Shown here in pieces: positions 33,154-44,021 of a DNA stretch of 64,000 nt (its first letter is position 1; each line of letters starts with the position of its first letter). The notes below the pieces were generated by a model that did no database searches, was not told where the DNA came from, and was given only the letters and a program-made list of their open reading frames with translations. The position numbers and the translations under genes were made by a program. The stretch comes from an uncultured Nitrososphaeraceae archaeon (GTDB taxonomy: Archaea > Thermoproteota > Nitrososphaeria > Nitrososphaerales > Nitrososphaeraceae): assembly GCA_963825865.1 (NCBI GenBank), contig CAWGVG010000021.1, positions 32,001-96,000 on the forward strand, read 5' to 3'.

Positions 33154-33417
33154 ATGCACATACGTGTCAATCCATTTATGCAAGTGAGAAATGTACTTTA
33201 CATGGACACAAAATGCTCTGCTTGCTCACAAAAAGTTTCAACAGGCAAATACTGTTTTCATCATAGCCAAGCATTTGATAGTCTCAAAGAACATCATAAG
33301 GCATGGATTGAAGCGTATGGAATTATTTCTTGGAATAATTTTTTGAATAAATTGATAAAGATGAATGGAACAGGAAGTTGGATAAAAGAAGTAATTGTTG
33401 TAGAATTAAAGGGTTAG
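33154..33417 (+). CDS. Hypothetical zinc-binding protein
   Basis: CSAC...YCFHH...W..AYG.ISW. Confidence 0.6.
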   Translation: MHIRVNPFMQVRNVLYMDTKCSACSQKVSTGKYCFHHSQAFDSLKEHHKAWIEAYGIISWNNFLNKLIKMNGTGSWIKEVIVVELKG

Positions 33418-33462
33418 AGCGATAGAATAAACTATCGAACTAGTTTTATCTATCTATCTATC

Positions 33463-35117
33463 TTACATTTCTCCGCCCATTCCGCCCATTCCGCCAGGTG
33501 GCATACCACCAGGTGGTCCACCAGCTGATTTACCTGATGCAATTACATCATCGATCCTGAGGATCATTGATGCAACCTCTGTAGCAGATTTAATAATCTG
33601 CTCTTTTACAGAGAGTGGCTCTAAAATATCTAATTTTGACATATCTGCAATTTTGGTATTTCTTACATCAACTCCAGTCCATTTTGAACCTTTGCTCTGT
33701 TTTGAACGTAGATCTGTCATAGTATCAATTGGATCCATGCCTGCATTTTCTGCTAGTGTAAGTGGAATTGATTCCAATGCCTCAGCGAATTTTTGTGCTC
33801 CAGTTGTTCCCGGCCAGATAATGTACTTGCCCATTCACTCAATTTACCAGCTACATGTACCTCAGGGGCTCCGCCGCCTGCCACGATTGCAGGCTTCTCA
33901 AGGACATCCTTTGTAACCATCAGTGCATCATGGATTGAGCGTTCGGCTTCATCAACAACTCTTTGTGATCCGCCTCTAATCAATATTGTTACTGATTTTG
34001 GATGTTTGCACCCTTCAACGAATACCCACTTGTCTGTCTCAACCTTGCGCTCTTCTACTAAATCAGCAGCGCCGAGATCTTTGCCCGTAAGATCGTCAAG
34101 GTTATTCACTACTCGTGCCTCTGTTGCTCTTGCCAGCTTGGTCATATCACTTTCCTTTACTCTACGTATTGTCAAAATGTTAGCCTTTGCCAGATAATGT
34201 TGTGCAATGTCATCTATGCCCTTTTGACAGACAACCACGTTAGCACCAGCAGTGATAATCTTATCAACCATGTCCTTTAGCATCTTATTCTCTTCGTCTA
34301 AGAACATCTTCATCTGATCTGGAGAACTGATGTTTATCTTGGCATCAAACTCCGTCTTTTCAATCTCAAGAGCAGAATTGATCAGTGCAATTTTTGCTTT
34401 CTCCACTCTTTTAGGCATTCCGCCATGAACAACTTCCTTATCAAGAACGATACCCTTGATCAATTTAGTATCACGCAGCAAGCCGCCTGCTTTCTTCTCT
34501 ACTTTAATATCATCAATATCTACCTTATAATGAGAATCAGTTTTTTCTGAAACTTGTAGTATTGAATTAACCACAACTTGTGCTATCTCGGTGGCTTCCT
34601 TTGAGATTAGCTTTGTTTGCATTGAGGTCTTTGCAATCTTAGTCAATAGTTCTTTATCACTGCCGTTAACCTTCATGGCAATGTGGTTGTAAACTTCAAT
34701 GGCCTTGATGGCACTCTTTCTATAACCATCAACTATGATTGTTGGATGAACGTCTTTTGCGATTAATTCCTCTGCTTTTTCAATCAGTGCGCCTGCTAAT
34801 ACTACCACAGAGGTTGTACCATCGCCTACTTCATTGTCTGTCGCTTTGCTAATTTCGACCATCATCTTGGCTGCTGGATGCTGAACGTCAATTTCTTTCA
34901 AAATTGTTGCCCCGTCATTTGTGATTGTAACATCACCAAGAGTGTCTACTAACATCTTGTCCATGCCTCTAGGACCAAGGGAGCTTCTTACTATTTCTGA
35001 GATCAATTTTGCAGCAGTAATATTATTCTTCTGGGCATCTCGGCCTTTTGTCTGACTAGCACCTTCTTTTAATATTAGTACTGGCATTCCGCCAGCTGAA
35101 CCTTGTTGAATTGACAC
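33463..35117 (-). CDS. ths: Thermosome (group II chaperonin) subunit (one frameshift near 33800)
   Basis: [26 protein letters not shown]-rich tail. Confidence 0.97.
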
Positions 35118-35675
35118 TTACCATTCACCTAAAATCTATAAAATAAATTGCACAGTTTGGTATATTTTAAACTTACTGTAGAGATATGTGTAGATATCGT
35201 GCACTGGCCTACTCAGATCTTTTACATATAGACTTGTACGTTGTTTTCGATACTTATGCAACAGAGCTCGACAGTAATAGCTGCCTGCTGCCTGTGTTTA
35301 ACATATGCCTCAGTTTTCTTCTGTCTGTATTTAGGTTCTGGAGCTTATTTTTATCATATAGATCTATCGTTAGGAAGTCTTACTAAACGGCAGTTACTTA
35401 TCATACATAAAAATGGGTAGTTTAGTTGATATTTATATATATACTAGTCATTTTACAGGTCATTTTACAGTTCCAAATGTTTACGTAGTAATAACCGTAA
35501 CATATGATCAGAGCCTATTTTTCAAAAACACATAAGATATTAACGCCAGTTTATACTATGTGTTAATAGTTCTACATTACATAGCCCTTATAAATAATCT
35601 CTAAATAGATCTTACATTATACATAGGTCATACCATTGCTAAAGCATATTAAGAGTGATTTGTATCTTTTTTTTT

Positions 35676-35846
35676 ATGACAATGAATTGTCCATTGTGCG
35701 GCACAATGATGGTATGGTTAAATGGTTCTATAAGTCATGATCCTCCAGTAAAATACTATTTATGCAGGATATGTAATGTAAATGTGACAAAGCAACTAGA
35801 TGGTTCGTATGAAGTTACCAAAGTAAAAGCTGAACAAAAGAAGTAA
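35676..35846 (+). CDS. Small CPxCG zinc-finger protein
   Basis: MNCPLCG...CRIC. Confidence 0.6.
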   Translation: MTMNCPLCGTMMVWLNGSISHDPPVKYYLCRICNVNVTKQLDGSYEVTKVKAEQKK

Positions 35847-36021
35847 CAGTATAATTAAAGTCAGTAAGAGCATACGAATTGCATATCCGTTTAATTTCAA
35901 AAGGATGAGAAACTTCTACTTCAATATTGGGGTCTCGACTCAATAACTCAGAAAGATTAATTTTTCCTGAACTAGGAAAAACCATACTTTTAATTTTAAT
36001 TTAAATAAACAAATGAGAAAC

Positions 36022-36065
36022 GACACTTGCCTGCTCATAGCTCCGCGACTCTACAGGCAAGTGTC
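36022..36065. repeat. Perfect 12-bp inverted repeat (hairpin)
   Basis: GACACTTGCCTG-N20-CAGGCAAGTGTC. Confidence 0.7.
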
Positions 36066-36292
36066 TACTTTGTATCAGAAATTGGAAAGAAGATTAAGAA
36101 ATCTATAAAAAAATTAATTCTTAAAAATAACATTTAAATTGAATCAAAGTAACTGGAAATCAGAAACAAGATCCATTTACTTATAGATTCTGTAGGTAAC
36201 CTTGAAGAACCAATCATACTGGAAATTGGGCAGCAGAATAATGAGATCAAATAAAGCATTTTAATATTAAGTGTTTCTGAAACAGCAGTAGC

Positions 36293-37165
36293 ATGCAAAA
36301 GACAAAAAGCAAGGTTTCATTAAGGGAACAAATTGAAGATAACAAAAAGATCATAGTATTGCCCGGAGTTTTTGATGCACTGAGTGCTAGAATAGCAGAA
36401 CAAGTAGGATTTGATGCAATGTTTCAAACAGGATATGGTTCTGCTGCTGCGTTATTAGGAATGCCTGATTATGGACTTCTAAATGCGGGAGAAACTACAG
36501 ATAATGCTCGCAGAATTGTACAGGCGGTAAATGTTCCGGTGCTCGTTGATGCTGATACTGGGTATGGCAACCCATTGAATGTATGGCGGCTTGTCCGCGA
36601 TCTGCAAAGTCTTGGTGCAGCAGGTATTTTTCTCGAGGATCAGATATGGCCGAAAAGATGCGGCCATATGACAGGAAAGGATGTTATTTCAACAGATAAT
36701 TATATTCCGAAACTAAAAGCAGCTTTAGAAGCACGTAAAAGTAAGGACTTTATCATTGTTGCTAGAACAGATGCACGGGCTCCGCTTGGACTAGAAGAAG
36801 CCATCGAACGTGGCAAAGCATATCGTAAGGCAGGTGCAGACGTAATCTTTATAGAGGCACCTAGATCAATCGAAGAATTAAAAAAAATTGCCAATCACAT
36901 TGATGCACCATTAGTGGCAAATATGATCGAGGAAGGAGTAACACCCATTTTGCCTGCAAAAGAACTGTTAAAGATGGGCTACAGAATTGCAGTATTTCCA
37001 TTATCTGGGCTTTATGCTGCAACTTTTGCAATAAAAGAAGTATTTATGGAATTAAGGAAAACTGGCATAACAAAAGGGAGGCGTAAAATGATGGTTACTT
37101 TCAAGGATTTTAACAAATTTGTAGACCTGCAGGGATATATGGCTCTAGAGAAAACATACACTTGA
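36293..37165 (+). CDS. prpB: 2-methylisocitrate lyase-like (ICL/PEP mutase family)
   Basis: DADTGYG, LEDQ..PKRCGH, ARTDA. Confidence 0.85.
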   Translation: MQKTKSKVSLREQIEDNKKIIVLPGVFDALSARIAEQVGFDAMFQTGYGSAAALLGMPDYGLLNAGETTDNARRIVQAVNVPVLVDADTGYGNPLNVWRLVRDLQSLGAAGIFLEDQIWPKRCGHMTGKDVISTDNYIPKLKAALEARKSKDFIIVARTDARAPLGLEEAIERGKAYRKAGADVIFIEAPRSIEELKKIANHIDAPLVANMIEEGVTPILPAKELLKMGYRIAVFPLSGLYAATFAIKEVFMELRKTGITKGRRKMMVTFKDFNKFVDLQGYMALEKTYT

Positions 37166-37672
37166 GCTGGTTTTAACAGTAGAAACTCTTCTCACACAAT
37201 TGATAAGTGTGAAGAATAGTTTTCTCATATTTCTCCCAAATCAAGTAATTCGAGCAACTTATCCTATATCTTTGATCTTTTACTAGAAATTTCTCTTTTA
37301 AAAAAGATCATGACGCCACATTTGTGAAGATTGTCGATATTTTATGCAGTTATAGTATTATTGAAAACCCTCAATTTATACTTTAAATTTGTTTTATGTA
37401 TAAAAGAATTTTTTTTCAAAATTCGATGTTAATGAAAAATAAAGGGAATTGTTTTATTAAAAACTGAAGAATCAGTGATAGCAAAATTATACATTGGATA
37501 ATAGAACATATCGTCTAATTTAGATAGCAGTTTACATTATATCGACTGGTATAACCGAACTTTGATATCAGTATAATAAAAAAACACATCATCGTATTAA
37601 CATACCTATTAATTACAATACTATATGATAGCGGTTTACCAAACATTTTAAACATTCAAACAATTCAACACA

Positions 37673-37703
<31 letters not shown>

Positions 37704-37729
37704 TGATAAAGTGGATAAGTATTTAATGG

Positions 37730-38767
37730 ATGAATAGTATCACAATTAACCTGAAGACATCGATGCAAGCAAAGCAGCAGATTGATATGCTCGATAAAAA
37801 ACTTTTGAATGAGATCCAATGGACTTTTCCGCTTATTGATAGGCCTTATCTTGAAATTTCAAAGCATCATAATATTTCCGAAGATGAAATCATGCAAAGG
37901 ATCACATATATGAAGGAGTTGGGTTTAATTAGGCAGATTAACGCTATCTTTGATACAAGACGTCTGGGTTACAAAAGTGCCCTTATTGCATTTGCAATCA
38001 AGAGTGATAAACTTGAATATGTCGCTAGTGAGGTAAATAAACACCCAGGCGTTAGTCATAATTACGAAAGAAACCATGAATTCAATATGTGGTTTACACT
38101 TGCTGTTCCTCCATATTCTGATATGAAAATAGATTTAGATAGAATGGCTTCGCTTGAGGGTATTATAAAATACAGGATATTACCAACTCTGAAACTTTAC
38201 AAGATTGGCGTTAGACTTGACATGGTTAATGAAGATCCACAAAAGCCAAAACCAACAGACGAAGTTAAGAAGTTAAGCCCGAAGAAATTCGATCTCACAG
38301 AACGTGACAAGGATTTTGTTCGTGAATTGCAAAAAGATCTGAAAGTAATTCCAGAACCATTCAAGGAGCTGGCCGGAAATCTTGGCATTACAACAGCTGA
38401 ACTCTTTACAAAAGCCAAAGAATATGAACAGATTGGAGTTATGAGAAGGTTTGCAGCAATATTACGTCATCGTAATGCAGGCTTCTCTGCAAATGGCATG
38501 ATAGTTTGGAAGGTGCCTGAAGAAAAAATTGATAAAATTGGCCATACGCTTGCATCTTTCCCACAGATAAGCCATTGTTATCAAAGACCCGTCTATCCTG
38601 ACTGGCAATTCAACTTATTTAGCATGATTCATGCGCGTACATTAGAAGCAGCAGAAAAAATTGCGGCCGAGATGTCGGAAACAGTTGGAATTAAAGACTA
38701 TAGAATTCTATTCAGTTCGCGAGAATTTAAGAAAGAGCGAGTGAAATACTTTGAAGAGGAGAACTAG
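37730..38767 (+). CDS. ahbAB: Siroheme decarboxylase, fused AhbA/AhbB (NirDL-like)
   Basis: Two Lrp-like halves, HPGVSHNYER..NMWFT and ISHCYQR...NLFSMIH. Confidence 0.9.
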   Translation: MNSITINLKTSMQAKQQIDMLDKKLLNEIQWTFPLIDRPYLEISKHHNISEDEIMQRITYMKELGLIRQINAIFDTRRLGYKSALIAFAIKSDKLEYVASEVNKHPGVSHNYERNHEFNMWFTLAVPPYSDMKIDLDRMASLEGIIKYRILPTLKLYKIGVRLDMVNEDPQKPKPTDEVKKLSPKKFDLTERDKDFVRELQKDLKVIPEPFKELAGNLGITTAELFTKAKEYEQIGVMRRFAAILRHRNAGFSANGMIVWKVPEEKIDKIGHTLASFPQISHCYQRPVYPDWQFNLFSMIHARTLEAAEKIAAEMSETVGIKDYRILFSSREFKKERVKYFEEEN

Positions 38768-38991
38768 TATTCAACTTTATCTCCACCATCTTCCTGCAAG
38801 CTGTAATTTTTCAGCATACACACATGTGGCAATAACACATGAAGAGCCAACAGGACATTATTTTTAGTTTCAAATATGTTTTAGCATATTCCTGTATTTT
38901 GCTAAATAATCTGGTCGATTTTTTGTAATTAATCTAAGTGTAACAGGTTATCACATAATACTTATATTGTAATTCAGGCGATTAATGTATA

Positions 38992-39768
38992 ATGGCATTT
39001 TTAGAAGTTAAGGACTTACATGCTAACATCGAAGGAAAAGAGATCCTGACAGGTCTTAGTTTAAACATTAACAAAGGTGAAGTTCATGCAATCATGGGTC
39101 CAAATGGTTCAGGCAAGAGCACTTTTGCAAATGTACTATTAGGTCATCCAAAATATACAATTACTGCCGGTGATATACTTGTTAAAGGGCAAAGTATTCT
39201 AGACCTATCGACTGATGAAAGATCAAAGAAAGGATTATTCCTTGGTTTTCAATATCCAACCGAAATTTCAGGCGTAGGTTATAGCCATTTTTTAAGAAAT
39301 GCATACAACACTTTGAGTAAATCATTGGGTGAAGAGCAACAGAACAGAGAAGTTTTCTTGACTGTCAGAGAATTTCATGAATACGTAAAGAGGAACCTAG
39401 GCTATGTCGGGCTTGATCCATCTTTTCTTGGAAGATATCTTAACGAAGGATTTTCTGGTGGAGAGAAAAAAAGATCGGAGGTAATGCAGATGCTGGTTCT
39501 AAAACCAAATATTGCAGTTCTTGATGAACCGGATTCTGGCTTAGATATTGATTCAGTAAAGGCTGTTGCAGAGGCAATTAACACATTAATTAGAACAGGA
39601 GCAGGTCTCGTTGTAATTACTCATTATGCCCGAATTCTAAGATATCTTACAAAGCTCGATCAAGTTCACGTTATGACTAAGGGAAAGATTATCAAATCAG
39701 GTGGAAAGGAATTATCCGAAAAGCTTGAATTGAAAGGCTATGAATGGCTCGGATTAGAAGACAAATAA
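38992..39768 (+). CDS. sufC: Fe-S cluster assembly ATPase SufC
   Basis: GPNGSGKS, FQYP, NEGFSGGEKKR, LDEPDSGLD, ITHY. Confidence 0.95.
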   Translation: MAFLEVKDLHANIEGKEILTGLSLNINKGEVHAIMGPNGSGKSTFANVLLGHPKYTITAGDILVKGQSILDLSTDERSKKGLFLGFQYPTEISGVGYSHFLRNAYNTLSKSLGEEQQNREVFLTVREFHEYVKRNLGYVGLDPSFLGRYLNEGFSGGEKKRSEVMQMLVLKPNIAVLDEPDSGLDIDSVKAVAEAINTLIRTGAGLVVITHYARILRYLTKLDQVHVMTKGKIIKSGGKELSEKLELKGYEWLGLEDK

Positions 39769-39946
39769 CAGGATAATAACAAATTATTTTTATTTTATCT
39801 GTTTATAACATTTAACTATTCTTTGTTTTAGTTGTTTGAGTAAAATACCTTTATATCAAAAAACCTGCCTTGCTTTTACACACTTTAATTTATGGCAAAA
39901 TCTTACACCTATTTTTAAATATGGTTTCATATTCTTCGTTCATTAA

Positions 39947-40643
39947 ATGATCTCTAGCGAGGCGACAGGAAAGGTAAGAACATCATCATATCTAAATTTT
40001 TCATTCTTTAAAGTTGATCCAAAATGGCGATGGCTAAACGAACTTGGAAAAGATGAGGCTATAAAAGAATTTTCAAGTTTAATAGAAGTTGCGAGTACAA
40101 AGATGAAAGTTCGAACTTATTCTACTATAGGGCTCCGATACGATACCGAATTTATGTTATGGACGATTTCGGATTCTGTTGAAAAGATGCAGATATTGAT
40201 ATCAAAAATTTATTCTACGATTTTAGGAAAGTATGTCGAACCTTCATATATATACCTATCAACTTCCCGCCCATCGGTGTATTCAAATAAAGTTGTTCCA
40301 GGATTTGTGACAGATGAACAACCTATGAAATATGTTATTGTTTATCCTTTCGTAAAATCAAGAGAATGGTATTTGCTTCCGTTTGAAGAACGAAAGAAAA
40401 TGATGGAAGAACATATAGACTGTTGGGAGAAAATTTCCACAAATTAGACTAAATACCTCTTATTCATTTGGTCTTGATGATCAGGACTTCATGCTTGCAT
40501 TTGAAACAAATGATTTAATTGATTTTCAGGATTTGATAGTTCAATTACGTGAAACTCGAGTTAGTAAGTATGTGGTGAGAGATACTCCAATGATGGTTTG
40601 TATTTATAAGGGTATTGAAGACATTATCAGGAGTCTTGCATAA
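39947..40643 (+). CDS. Chlorite-dismutase/HemQ-family heme protein (one frameshift)
   Basis: YPFVKSREWYLLP.EER..MM.EH...SFGLDDQDF. Confidence 0.88.
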
Positions 40644-41200
40644 TGGCTGCACTTAAGGAATGGGCAATAGTTTGTAAAGCACTAGAAGAAGGAAGACAGG
40701 TATTGCTTCTACGGAAGGGTGGAATTATGGAGTACAGACAAGGTTTTGAGGCAAAGCATGAAAAATTTTTGTTATTTCCAACTTTTGAACACCAATCAAA
40801 GGAATCCATACAACCAGATTATGTTAATAATTTAGATGTCCTGCTTCAAAATGTCCCAATAAACGACAAGAATAAAATAACTTCTTTTGCGGAAGTCGCA
40901 GCGGTTAAGGAAGTTAATGATAGATCAATATTACAAAAATTGAATAAATATCATATATGGAACGATCGTTATGTAAATGTCAGAATGGACTATAATCCTA
41001 AAAGACCCATGAGCATAGTATTGCTACGGGTTTACAAAATGAATAATCCTATAGAAGTCGATACTAAACCAGAATGGGCAGGGTGTAAATCATGGATTCC
41101 GATTGATTTCCAGCAGGGAAGTGATAATTATCATCAACCTGCTTTAGAGGATTCAAAGTTCTATGAAGTTGTAGCAGAGATTAAAGGGGTATTAAACTAA
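40643..41200 (+). CDS. DUF1802-family protein
   Basis: ALKEWA, LLRKGGI.E, FPTFEH, GCKSWI. Confidence 0.85.
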   Translation: MAALKEWAIVCKALEEGRQVLLLRKGGIMEYRQGFEAKHEKFLLFPTFEHQSKESIQPDYVNNLDVLLQNVPINDKNKITSFAEVAAVKEVNDRSILQKLNKYHIWNDRYVNVRMDYNPKRPMSIVLLRVYKMNNPIEVDTKPEWAGCKSWIPIDFQQGSDNYHQPALEDSKFYEVVAEIKGVLN

Positions 41201-41202
41201 AT

Positions 41203-42195
41203 ATGAAGTATCGAAAATTAGGGAAAAGTGGGATTAAGGTAAGCGAAATAGGATTTGGAGCGTGGATTATTGGTCTAGATTGGTGGGGGAAGAAGATCGA
41301 TGATGATGAAGCAATCAAAATGTTGAAACGTGCCTACGATCTAGGTATCAATTTTTACGAAACTGCAGACATGTATGGTAAGGGTAAAAGCGAAAAGGTG
41401 ATCGCACAGGCATTCAAAGATATGCGCAATGAAGTAGTTTATTCCACAAAATGGGGTTATGATATGTATAATGCTGAACAGATCGGACACAATGAGATAC
41501 CCCAAAAACATAATTCTGATTTTTTGGAATATGCATTGCAGCAGAGTATGAAACGTTTACAAACTGATTATATCGATGTTTACAGTCTTCATAATCCAAA
41601 AATGGATGCTATAAAAAATGATAGTTTGTTTCTCTCACTTGATACTTTAGCAAAAAGTGGAAAGATCAAGAGTCATGGTGTTGCATTGGGTCCGGCTATA
41701 GGCTGGAAGGATGAAGGAATTCTAGCCATAGAAAAACGCAATATCACCTGCCTTCAAACGGTTTACAATGTCTTAGAACAAGATCCTGGTAGAGCCTTTT
41801 TAGAAGCGGCAAGCAAGAATGATGTAGCGGTTATGGTTAGAGTTCCCGATGCTTCTGGAGTATTAACCGGCAAGGTTGATGAAAAAACAATATTTGATAA
41901 GAATGATCACAGAGGAAATAGAAAGAAAGAATGGATTCATGAAGCAATGCAAAAAATAGAAAAAATGAAACCAATTGCAAATGCAAAAGGATGGAATATA
42001 TTCCAGCTGGCAATCAAATTCATACTATCTCAAAAAGAAGTATCAGTAGTTTTACCAACTGTTATAGATGTTGAAGAAATTGAAATGTTTGCAGAAATGT
42101 CAGATGGTACCTATCTAAGTGAAAAAGAAATGTCGCAGATAATTGATCTCTATAACAACAACTTCTATGTTCAACCTATTGCTCCTTACAAATGA
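41203..42195 (+). CDS. Aldo/keto reductase
   Basis: MKYRKLGKSG..VSEIGFG, ETADMYG, LQTDYIDVY.LH. Confidence 0.92.
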   Translation: MKYRKLGKSGIKVSEIGFGAWIIGLDWWGKKIDDDEAIKMLKRAYDLGINFYETADMYGKGKSEKVIAQAFKDMRNEVVYSTKWGYDMYNAEQIGHNEIPQKHNSDFLEYALQQSMKRLQTDYIDVYSLHNPKMDAIKNDSLFLSLDTLAKSGKIKSHGVALGPAIGWKDEGILAIEKRNITCLQTVYNVLEQDPGRAFLEAASKNDVAVMVRVPDASGVLTGKVDEKTIFDKNDHRGNRKKEWIHEAMQKIEKMKPIANAKGWNIFQLAIKFILSQKEVSVVLPTVIDVEEIEMFAEMSDGTYLSEKEMSQIIDLYNNNFYVQPIAPYK

Positions 42196-42839
42196 GGAAT
42201 GCTACAAGGAACAAGATATTGTTTTAAAATGTTATGATAAACTTTATGCCAATGAAAATACTCCCTTTGAACATATTGAAAGTATCCTCGATGGTAATTG
42301 AAGAATATGCTAGTAGGTTCCGTCATGAATGAAGGAGCAATATTAAAATGTTATGTCTAATATTTTTACTGATCTAGCTTTGCTACCCACCTACCATTTC
42401 TTGGATAGTTTTTACAATTAATTAAACTAACCACCGTCGGGCTGAATGCAGTGATAAAGTCTGATTAAAAACTAACACATATTTAGACTTTTTAGGCACA
42501 CAACAGTGAAAACACTCCAAAGCAATATTCGCAGAGATAGGTCATCAGCAAGTAATTTTATGATAGTTATAATTCTTAAAATACAGTATAATGACAAGTT
42601 CAGGAAGCAATAAGAAAGAGTCAAATATCGAGTTAATGGAACAACTTACCTTTACCGCAGATTGGATTTTATAAGTATCGTAAAAAAAATAGGTTAAGCC
42701 ACTGAAACTATTGGAACTTTTGAACAGGATAGATACTTGTAAAAAAGAGGCATCGTACAAATCATACCACCAACATAATAAACAATGGATAAGTCAACAG
42801 ATCAAAACGATAATTAAAAATAGATACAGTTAATGAATT

Positions 42840-43364
42840 TCATCCTACGAGGACTTTTCCTGTCATATAAGGATGAATTTTACAGTAAAATGGATGTTCT
42901 CCTTGTCCGATTTTGATTGCTGGGATACTGTATTTTTGACCTGGATTCAAAATATCTGAATCGAATAGTTTACCGGTGTTGGGATCTTGTATACCACTAC
43001 CACTGGTAGCAGTATGAGGCACGATATCACTATTAGTCCATGTAACCAGTGCATCAGTACTTACCTTTGCTGCGTTAGGATCATAGCTCGGATTACCTTG
43101 TGTTGATGCTCCCTTTAAAATGGTAATGGCAACTTTATTATGGAATTTAGACTCATCTATTACTACTATAGGTTTATTTTCTTTCGTTCCAGTTGCAGGT
43201 GGAAGATCATTTCGATACATTGATTCAACTACTCCTTGATGTGGCATAACCAAAGCAAACAAGTAATACGCCACAATACCAGTAACTGCACCTAGCGCAA
43301 GAATTACTGTGAATGCAACTTTTCCAACTGAACCCATATTTGTATATCTTACTTCGATGCTCAA
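42840..43364 (-). CDS. Membrane-anchored blue-copper (plastocyanin-like) protein
   Basis: TM helix; PHTATS and YCKIHPYM type-1 Cu ligands. Confidence 0.9.
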   Translation of the reverse strand: MSIEVRYTNMGSVGKVAFTVILALGAVTGIVAYYLFALVMPHQGVVESMYRNDLPPATGTKENKPIVVIDESKFHNKVAITILKGASTQGNPSYDPNAAKVSTDALVTWTNSDIVPHTATSGSGIQDPNTGKLFDSDILNPGQKYSIPAIKIGQGEHPFYCKIHPYMTGKVLVG

Positions 43365-43571
43365 CCCCTATTAATCCTTTTTAGTGGAAGAGCATAACAT
43401 TTTATACATCAATTCAAAAAGTAGTTCTCGTTTCTAAGATGGTAAAGGAAACCTTTGTGCTACACTGGCTGTTAATGCTGTAAAAATATCCGTCTAATTA
43501 TTGTTTAATAACAACATATTCCTTGGTAAATGCTGCAGATTTCAACCGACTCACATAATATGAGGGTTTTG

Positions 43572-43712
43572 TTATTGTTCTTGATTTTGTTGAGGAGCAA
43601 TAATAGTAGCACTACTATGAATATTTTTTATATGATTTTTTAGTTCTCCCATACTTCCACCGACATCCTTGTTGCAAGATGGGCATCTCCATTTTACTCC
43701 TACAATTCCCAT
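43572..43712 (-). CDS. C2H2 zinc-finger microprotein (46 aa, missed by ORF track)
   Basis: MGIVGVKWRCPSCNKDVGGSMGELKNHIKNIH... Confidence 0.6.
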   Translation of the reverse strand: MGIVGVKWRCPSCNKDVGGSMGELKNHIKNIHSSATIIAPQQNQEQ

Positions 43713-44021
43713 CTACATATCTTTGACGATGTAATATATACGGGTTACTTTTTTTGACATTGTTAATTTATCGGTGATTTAATAATTATTTCTCTATGTG
43801 TGTGTCATGATGATTTTTAAATGCGTTATCAGTGGATCATCACAACAACAATAACAAAAGATTGATATTTTTAAATCTTTTAAGAATTAAGATCATCTCT
43901 TTGAGGTCTGCAGAGATCCCCATTTTTAGATCGAAAGATAAGAATAGTTATTCTCAAAAATGAATTTAGCATGCTTATTTATGCGATATTTTAAATTAGG
44001 AAGTGCAGGGCAAGTTTATTC

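Noticed and set aside
33463-33525. GGM/PPGG repeat at the thermosome 3' end
   Set aside because: Normal chaperonin C-terminal tail
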